This document shows, in pieces, positions 58,614 to 64,000 of a stretch of 64,000 bases of DNA. The notes beneath the pieces were generated by a model. It was not told the DNA's origin. It saw only the letters and a program-made list of their open reading frames with translations, and did no database searches. Made by a program: the position numbers and the translations under genes. The stretch comes from a bacterium (lineage in GTDB: Bacteria; UBP15; UBA6099): assembly GCA_035380865.1 (NCBI GenBank), contig DAOSYA010000007.1, forward strand, positions 4,618-68,617, written 5' to 3'. Positions within the stretch are counted from its first letter, which is position 1. The number at the start of each line of letters is the position of its first letter.

Positions 58614-59240
58614 TTACTTACGCCGCCTGATCATTTCCATCATGTAATATTCTATCCCATAGGGCTCTATAACAATCTCGCTGTCCCACGACCCGGGCAC
58701 CGAAGCGTTGAAAACATTCTCCAATTCCTCCGGGCTTCTCAGCACCGCGGCGCTGAAAACGCCGCCGGTCTCTCCTGCCTTTCTCATCCTCTTGATATTA
58801 AGAGGATGTTCAGGATTCAACAACATGAACAGAATGCTTGATTTCGTCACCCGCGCAGCCTCGGCCAGCGTTTTTTCCACATTGTGAATAAATTCCAGCG
58901 AAGACAAAAACATCGATACATCGAAGGATCTATCCTCGAAAGACATTTCTGCTGCGTCACCGCAATGTAAATTCAGATCATCTCCATACCTGCTTTTTGC
59001 AAACTCAAGCATCCCGGCCGAAGAATCCAGACCCGTAACATCAAAACCGCGCTCGACAAGCCAGGATAAAAAATAGCATGTCCCGCATCCTATCTCGAGC
59101 AGTTTGCCGCCACGTGCCCCCTCCAGAGCAATTTCAAGTATCTCTCTCTGTTCGGTCCCGATATTCCGGCTCTCTCCCGTCTCATACCACGAGTGATATT
59201 TCTCAGCCATTTCACGGTTGTAGTCAAAATAATCCGTCAT
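58614..59240 (-). CDS. class I SAM-dependent methyltransferase
   Basis: LLEIGCGTCYF motif I, DVTGLD motif II. Confidence 0.75.
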   Translation of the reverse strand: MTDYFDYNREMAEKYHSWYETGESRNIGTEQREILEIALEGARGGKLLEIGCGTCYFLSWLVERGFDVTGLDSSAGMLEFAKSRYGDDLNLHCGDAAEMSFEDRSFDVSMFLSSLEFIHNVEKTLAEAARVTKSSILFMLLNPEHPLNIKRMRKAGETGGVFSAAVLRSPEELENVFNASVPGSWDSEIVIEPYGIEYYMMEMIRRRK

Positions 59241-59250
59241 CGGATCACCT

Positions 59251-59275
59251 CTGATTTCTCACAGAGAAATGCAGG
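59251..59275 (-). repeat. ATTTCTC-N3-GAGAAAT palindrome (reverse orientation), truncated family C 5' end
   Basis: ctgatttctcacagagaaatgcagg lies between the PLP-enzyme stop (59276) and the methyltransferase start (59240). Confidence 0.5.
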
Positions 59276-60490
59276 TTAAACCCCGGCAAGTGCCATGTCC
59301 AAATCATTTATTATATCTTCCGCGTCTTCCACGCCCACCGCAAGCCTGATAAGCCCGTCGGTAATCCCCAGCGCGTATCGCTCTTTTCTCGAATAATCAT
59401 AATAAGACACGCTCGCCGGGTGGCTTACCAGTGTCTCCGTCCCTCCAAGGCTCGGCCCGATCTGGCAGACCCTTAGATTGTTTAAAAACCTGTTCACTCC
59501 GGCAAGAGTCGAATCTATCTCGAAAGTTACAACACCGCCATATCCCTTCATCTGCTTTCGCGCCACACTGTTATACCTGTGCGACTTCAACCCGGGATAA
59601 TATACTTTTGAAACCTTACCGTGAGATTCAAGAAACTTTGCGAGCTTCATCCCGGAACTGTTCTGCCGCTCCATCCTCAGCGCGAATGTTTTAAGCCCCC
59701 TGATCAGCAGATAACACGTGTGCGGGTCCATTATGCCGCCCATCGTCTGCTGTGTCACGGAAACCTTCTCGATCTGCTCGGAACTCGCGAGCACCGCGCC
59801 GCCCATCAGATCGTTATGCCCGCCGAGATATTTCGTTACGCTGTGAATCACTATATCCACGCCGTATTCCAGCGGCTTCTGATTATATGGAGTACCAAAA
59901 GTGCTGTCTACAATAATCGTGATCCCGGGATGCTTTTTCTTTATCCTGCCCAGGCTGCCGAAATCCGCTATGTTCAGATAGGGATTCGTTGGAGACTCAG
60001 TTATGATCACCGCCGTTTCTTCCCTGACAGCGGCTTCCATCGCCTTATCATCGCCCATTTCTACTATCGTGCTTTCGATTCCGAACCGGGGCAGCCATTC
60101 CTCGCAGAATATATGCGTTTTTTTATAAGCATCATCCGTAGTAATTACATGCTTCCCTTTTTCAAGATATGTTAAAAGAGTTGCCGTGATCGCGCTCATC
60201 CCGCTGTCGAACAACAGGCACGACTCCGCCCCTTCTATCCCTGCAAGCTTCTTTTCTGCTACCTGCTGGGTCGGGTTTCCGTATCGCCCGTATTCAAACC
60301 TTTTATTCCTGCCCGATGTAAATTCCTTTATATCCTTCGTGTTTTTGAATACATACGTAGAAGTCAGAAATACAGGTGTCGTCACAGAATCATCGAAACT
60401 TCCGTGTATCTCTCCTTCGTGTACCGATTTAGTCGAAGTTCCTTTTTCAATTTTCGATCTATCAGTTTTTCCTGTTTTCTTATCTGTCAA
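59276..60490 (-). CDS. PLP-dependent Cys/Met-metabolism (trans-sulfuration, CGS/CBL/MGL family) enzyme
   Basis: GYGGVVTFEI, SVTKYLGGHNDLMGG (PLP-Lys region), C-terminal RLAVGVEDAEDIINDL. Confidence 0.85.
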   Translation of the reverse strand: MTDKKTGKTDRSKIEKGTSTKSVHEGEIHGSFDDSVTTPVFLTSTYVFKNTKDIKEFTSGRNKRFEYGRYGNPTQQVAEKKLAGIEGAESCLLFDSGMSAITATLLTYLEKGKHVITTDDAYKKTHIFCEEWLPRFGIESTIVEMGDDKAMEAAVREETAVIITESPTNPYLNIADFGSLGRIKKKHPGITIIVDSTFGTPYNQKPLEYGVDIVIHSVTKYLGGHNDLMGGAVLASSEQIEKVSVTQQTMGGIMDPHTCYLLIRGLKTFALRMERQNSSGMKLAKFLESHGKVSKVYYPGLKSHRYNSVARKQMKGYGGVVTFEIDSTLAGVNRFLNNLRVCQIGPSLGGTETLVSHPASVSYYDYSRKERYALGITDGLIRLAVGVEDAEDIINDLDMALAGV

Positions 60491-60909
60491 TGTTCATGCC
60501 CTTCCGTTTCAAGTAAATACTCCGCCAGAGCCCTGTAAAGCGTACTGACCGTGAGTATCGCGCAGTGCGTCTCCGGTATTTCTCCCAATTCTTCAATCAG
60601 AGATGTCGGCGAGATTCTCAGAGCGTCCATAATTTCAATTTCTTTTACAAGACATGTCATCATACTCCCACAGGCCTTGGTGGAAAGACAACCGTCGGTA
60701 TTGAATCGCGCCTCCTTAACTATATTATCTTCGATTCGCAACCATATTTCCATAGAATCCCCGCAGATGCCTTTTATTTTGGCATACGAGGTGGCATTCT
60801 CCATTCTTCCGTAATTCCATGGGTTCTGCGCATGGTCCAGCGCCTTGTTGGAGTACCCTTCCATTATTTGATCCGGTACAAGATCAAGAAATCTCGATTC
60901 GTCAGACAT
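60487..60909 (-). CDS. NifU/IscU-type Fe-S cluster scaffold (N-terminal domain type)
   Basis: Three conserved Cys in GICGDSM ... TDGCLSTKACGSM ... THCAIL spacing. Confidence 0.75.
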   Translation of the reverse strand: MSDESRFLDLVPDQIMEGYSNKALDHAQNPWNYGRMENATSYAKIKGICGDSMEIWLRIEDNIVKEARFNTDGCLSTKACGSMMTCLVKEIEIMDALRISPTSLIEELGEIPETHCAILTVSTLYRALAEYLLETEGHEH

Positions 60910-60952
60910 TTTCCCCTTCCGTTTATCAAGTCAGTCGAAGCAACAACTGATA

Positions 60953-61402
60953 TTAATCTATTAATTCTACAGAATCGCCCTCTTTTACGCTGCCACCTAC
61001 CGTGATTTCCGCAAAAATGCCAATCCCGGCAAGCAGCGCCTCGCCCCTGAAACTGTAATCGCCCGGACCGTGTTCAGGTTTCCCCCGGCCAATAATTTTT
61101 ATCTCCGCATCACCGACTTTCGCCCTCGTCCCGACAGCCACGGAGTCCCACTCGATCCCTTCAGTGGCAATGTTTTCAGCGAAATCGCCGGGCTCCGCAT
61201 TAAGCTGTTTCTCGCGGTTAATCGCCCTCACTTTCTCGAATTCGATAATCGCCAGTTGCCTCGGCCCGGAGCCGGCATGCGCATCGCCCTTCAAACCATA
61301 GCCCGCAATCAGTTCACCTTCACCGATACTTCTCTTCCCTGTCCCCCTCCGTTCCGAAGCACAAACAGCTAAAACACGTCCCTTTCTGTTTTCCGCCGCC
61401 AT
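60953..61402 (-). CDS. MOSC-domain protein
   Basis: GYGLKGDAHAG...RQLAIIEFE beta-barrel MOSC pattern, 149 aa. Confidence 0.65.
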   Translation of the reverse strand: MAAENRKGRVLAVCASERRGTGKRSIGEGELIAGYGLKGDAHAGSGPRQLAIIEFEKVRAINREKQLNAEPGDFAENIATEGIEWDSVAVGTRAKVGDAEIKIIGRGKPEHGPGDYSFRGEALLAGIGIFAEITVGGSVKEGDSVELID

Positions 61403-61405
61403 GCG

Positions 61406-61705
61406 TTATTCTCCTCTCAGAACTCTTTCAAGTTCATCCGAGCGATTATAGTTCAAAACTTTTATCTCGGTCCGAGAAACACCTTCTACGCTGTCCACCG
61501 CCGACTTTATCTCCGCCCCAAGCCGGAAAGCCATCGGGCAAACCGGCGAGCTCGGCGCAAAAGTAAGCGAAACAACTCCGGTTTCCTCGTCAACTGTTAT
61601 GTTTTTAATAATACCCATGCTCATCACGTCCATCGTTGTTCCCGGATCAGCGACAGTTCTAAGCTTCTCTTTTATATGCCCTATAAGCGCCATGTTTTTT
61701 TCCAA
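61406..61705 (-). CDS. DUF59/MIP18-family (SufT-like) Fe-S assembly protein
   Basis: 99 aa with DPGTTMDVMSMGIIKNITV...SPVCPMAFRLGAEI. Confidence 0.7.
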   Translation of the reverse strand: MEKNMALIGHIKEKLRTVADPGTTMDVMSMGIIKNITVDEETGVVSLTFAPSSPVCPMAFRLGAEIKSAVDSVEGVSRTEIKVLNYNRSDELERVLRGE

Positions 61706-61793
61706 CTGAAATGAACCTTTATAGTCCTGTTAAGGATTTACGTCAACACCATTGAATATGATAAAGCCTGCCGGATATTCAAGTTATAATCTA

Positions 61794-62654
61794 TCAACCA
61801 AGCTGTTTTTTAACATCCGACCACAACGCGCGGATCTGATTCGCAACATTTGAATCGCCGAACTCCACCACGCTCAGCCCCTCAACCTGCGCAGCCGTAA
61901 CGACAGTATTGTACTCTATCCGCGCCGGGACCGGTATTTTTCTCGCCACGCACATGGCTTCAATCCTGTCAGCCATGTCCGGGTTGATATCCGCTTTGTT
62001 AATGCAAACCATGATCCTCGCCCCGAAATGATCCGCCAGATCAGCCACCCTTTCAAGATCATGCAGCCCTGAAAGGGTCGGCTCGGTAACAATAAGAACC
62101 ATATCCGCGCCTGTAACAGAAGCAATCACCGGGCAGCCTATCCCCGGCGATCCATCCACGATAATCATATCGAGATTCTTCTCTCCGGCGATTCTTTTGG
62201 CCTGATTCCGCACCAGCGTAACCAGCTTGCCCGAATTCTCCTCCGCGATCCCGAGCCGCGCATGAACCATGGTCCCGTGCCGCGTCTCGGATATAAACCA
62301 CTCGCCGTTTATGCTCTCTTTCATAACTGCGGCTTCTACGGGACACGCAAAAGCGCAAACCGCGCAACCCTCGCACGAAACCGTATCGACCACATGGTCC
62401 TCGGATATCGCGTCGAACCTGCAAAGCTCCCTGCAACGATCGCAATGCATGCATATATCAGGATCTATATAAGCAACCCGGCCCCCGGAAAAATTCTCCC
62501 GCTGCTTTATATCGGGCTTCAACACCAGGTGAAGGTCTGCGGCATCGACATCACAATCCGCCAGCACACTGCTCCCCGCAAGTGCCGCAAAAGAAGCAAC
62601 TATGCTTGTTTTGCCCGTCCCGCCTTTCCCGCTAATGACAACCAGTTCCTTCAT
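61794..62654 (-). CDS. MinD/ParA-type P-loop ATPase with inserted 2x[4Fe-4S] ferredoxin domain (COG1149-type)
   Basis: GKGGTGKTS P-loop; CMHCDRCRELC and CEGCAVCAFACP clusters; DGSPG. Confidence 0.8.
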   Translation of the reverse strand: MKELVVISGKGGTGKTSIVASFAALAGSSVLADCDVDAADLHLVLKPDIKQRENFSGGRVAYIDPDICMHCDRCRELCRFDAISEDHVVDTVSCEGCAVCAFACPVEAAVMKESINGEWFISETRHGTMVHARLGIAEENSGKLVTLVRNQAKRIAGEKNLDMIIVDGSPGIGCPVIASVTGADMVLIVTEPTLSGLHDLERVADLADHFGARIMVCINKADINPDMADRIEAMCVARKIPVPARIEYNTVVTAAQVEGLSVVEFGDSNVANQIRALWSDVKKQLG

Positions 62655-63511
62655 CGTTCCGCGCCCGCCTTTCCCGCCTTTTCTATCTTTTCAAGCAACT
62701 CGATGAATATGCCGGCATATTCTGGAACAACATCATACGCAATCTCACCACGCGAATATGCTTCCGCAACATTCCGGTCGTGAGGAACCTCGACAAAAAC
62801 ATCAATCGACTCTTCACTGCAATAATCCAGAACCCCGCTGTTGCCGGTATCGCTGCGGTTTATGCCGACCGCAAACGGAATTCCCAGAGTGCGGACCATC
62901 TCCACGGCGAGCTTCAAGTCGTTCAGCCCGAAAGGCGTAGGCTCGGTCACGAGCAGAACAAAATCGGAACCCTTTATCGACTCGATCACCGGGCATGACG
63001 TCCCCGGCGGCGAATCGATAATATTTATCGCGTCAGGCTCCAGCCTCTTTTTTACCTCGCGTATCAAAGGCGGAGACATCGCTTCACCCACCCGCAGTCT
63101 GCCATGCACAAAGTCAACCCCTCGGGACTTTCCGGTCTGAAGCTCGCCAACCTCGCGCGGCTGCTCCATAATCGCTCCCTCGGGACAGAACTCGAAACAT
63201 CCCCCGCAGGCATGGCAGAGCTCGGGAAATGTCAGCACCTTTTTATTGATAACGACAATTGCGCTGAACTGGCAGACCTCTCCGCACTTGCCGCAGCCTG
63301 TGCATTTTTCCTCTATTACCATCGGGCACTGCACATGCACCTTCTCGGTTGCGGTAATTTCGGGCTTTATAAAAATATGAGAATTAGGCTCCTCAACATC
63401 GCAATCCATCAACGTAACTCTGTCACCCCGCCCGGCAGCCGCCAGCGAGAGGTTAGTAGCAAAAGTCGTTTTTCCCGTCCCGCCTTTGCCACTCGCAATG
63501 CTTATAATCAT
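62651..63511 (-). CDS. MinD/ParA-type P-loop ATPase with inserted ferredoxin domain (paralogue)
   Basis: GKGGTGKTT; CTGCGKCGEVC and CHACGGCFEFCP; overlaps the previous gene by 4 nt. Confidence 0.8.
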   Translation of the reverse strand: MIISIASGKGGTGKTTFATNLSLAAAGRGDRVTLMDCDVEEPNSHIFIKPEITATEKVHVQCPMVIEEKCTGCGKCGEVCQFSAIVVINKKVLTFPELCHACGGCFEFCPEGAIMEQPREVGELQTGKSRGVDFVHGRLRVGEAMSPPLIREVKKRLEPDAINIIDSPPGTSCPVIESIKGSDFVLLVTEPTPFGLNDLKLAVEMVRTLGIPFAVGINRSDTGNSGVLDYCSEESIDVFVEVPHDRNVAEAYSRGEIAYDVVPEYAGIFIELLEKIEKAGKAGAER

Positions 63512-63533
63512 ATTTATCTCCGATTCGTGAATA

Positions 63534-63776
63534 TTATCCCCTTGACATCATGGTTCCGCATTTCGGGCAGGCCGTATTAATGCAGGGAACACCTCTCTGG
63601 TGAGCAACCCTGTTGCCACATTTCGGGCAAATGCACTCGCCCGACGGCCCCATTGCAAAACCGCCGTTTCTTCCACGGCCGCCGCCGCCGCCCATTCCGC
63701 CACGGCCACCGCCGCCACCGCCTCTTCCTGTAAACGGTCCCTGTCCTGTCGGCCCTGTTCCATCTCCTCTCGGCAT
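63534..63776 (-). CDS. DUF5320-like Gly-rich zinc-ribbon protein
   Basis: Start revised to MPRGDGTGPTGQGPFTGRGGGGGG...; C-terminal CPKCG...CPKCG zinc ribbon. Confidence 0.6.
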   Translation of the reverse strand: MPRGDGTGPTGQGPFTGRGGGGGGRGGMGGGGGRGRNGGFAMGPSGECICPKCGNRVAHQRGVPCINTACPKCGTMMSRG

Positions 63777-63825
63777 GTTAATTCCTCCTTCAGCAATAAA
63801 CATTTTGTTTCAATTACATAACTAT

Positions 63826-64000
63826 TACATCCAGTGCCCCTGTCTATCCGCGCCTGAAGCCGATTTGAGTTCACCGGCTTTATACTTTTCCAGCATCTCC
63901 TGAACCGTCCCCGCAGCTTCGATATAGATCTCTATCTCTGCGGCGGAAAGAGTCCTGAAAGCATTCGGCCCGATATGCCCTGTTATCACAGCTCCAACGC
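63826..64000 (-). CDS. NifX/NifB-C-type (DUF134) cofactor-binding protein, C-terminal fragment (gene start beyond window end)
   Basis: Manual translation gives ...VGAVITGHIGPNAFRTLSAAEIEIYIEAAGTVQEMLEKYKAGELKSA, stop TAA at 63826. Confidence 0.6.

Noticed and set aside
1-64000. CRISPR array, tRNA/rRNA genes, prophage/integron around xerD
   Set aside because: The repeats are heterogeneous hairpin families without regular repeat-spacer periodicity. I could not spot a tRNA T-arm/cloverleaf by eye in the intergenic gaps, which does not exclude one. xerD is single, with housekeeping-like neighbours and no integrase/att structure.

Overview
This 64 kb window reads as a gene-dense chromosomal segment from an anaerobic, diderm (LPS-producing) bacterium, GC roughly 55-58%, and on gene content probably an uncultivated lineage. 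I found no rRNA, tRNA, CRISPR array or obvious prophage/IS. Coding content, left to right: a truncated PIG-L deacetylase; an inositol-monophosphatase-family protein; a lipoprotein; an orphan PhnD-like binding protein; a small V4R/DUF2378-like protein; xerD; a CrtI-like FAD oxidoreductase; a uvrC-ogt pair; and a Gfo/Idh/MocA oxidoreductase fused to an SCP2 domain. A large minus-strand aromatic/2-oxo-acid fermentation supercluster follows: indolepyruvate:ferredoxin oxidoreductase iorAB, two PaaK-family aryl-CoA ligases, an ACT protein, and a Liv-type ABC transporter with two binding proteins. After it come a TPP enzyme and an amidohydrolase_2. Next is a classical outer-membrane/lipid A locus: bamA, an unknown protein, two skp genes, lpxD, an unknown protein, lpxC, lpxA, a Gfo/Idh/MocA (GnnA-like) oxidoreductase, lpxB, msbA and kdsB. 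Then an iron-sulfur flavoprotein; a GldA/GldF-like ABC-2 transporter with a tandemly duplicated 1053-aa GldG-like protein plus a DUF4340 protein; a four-subunit 2-oxoacid:ferredoxin oxidoreductase with a second ACT protein; a B12-binding radical SAM enzyme; and a FecR-domain coiled-coil lipoprotein. The right end holds an unusual Fe-S/NifX-like maturation cluster: an Mrp/NBP35-NifX fusion, a SAM methyltransferase, a CGS-family PLP enzyme, an IscU-like scaffold, MOSC, DUF59, two ferredoxin-containing MinD-like ATPases, DUF5320 and a NifX-like fragment. The most striking non-coding signal is a modular superfamily of hairpin-rich dispersed repeats (at least four related families, some nested inside each other). 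They sit almost exclusively in convergent intergenic gaps and share short conserved palindromes (ATTTCTC-N3-5-GAGAAAT, and a CTTTTTCAAAAG loop whose stems covary).
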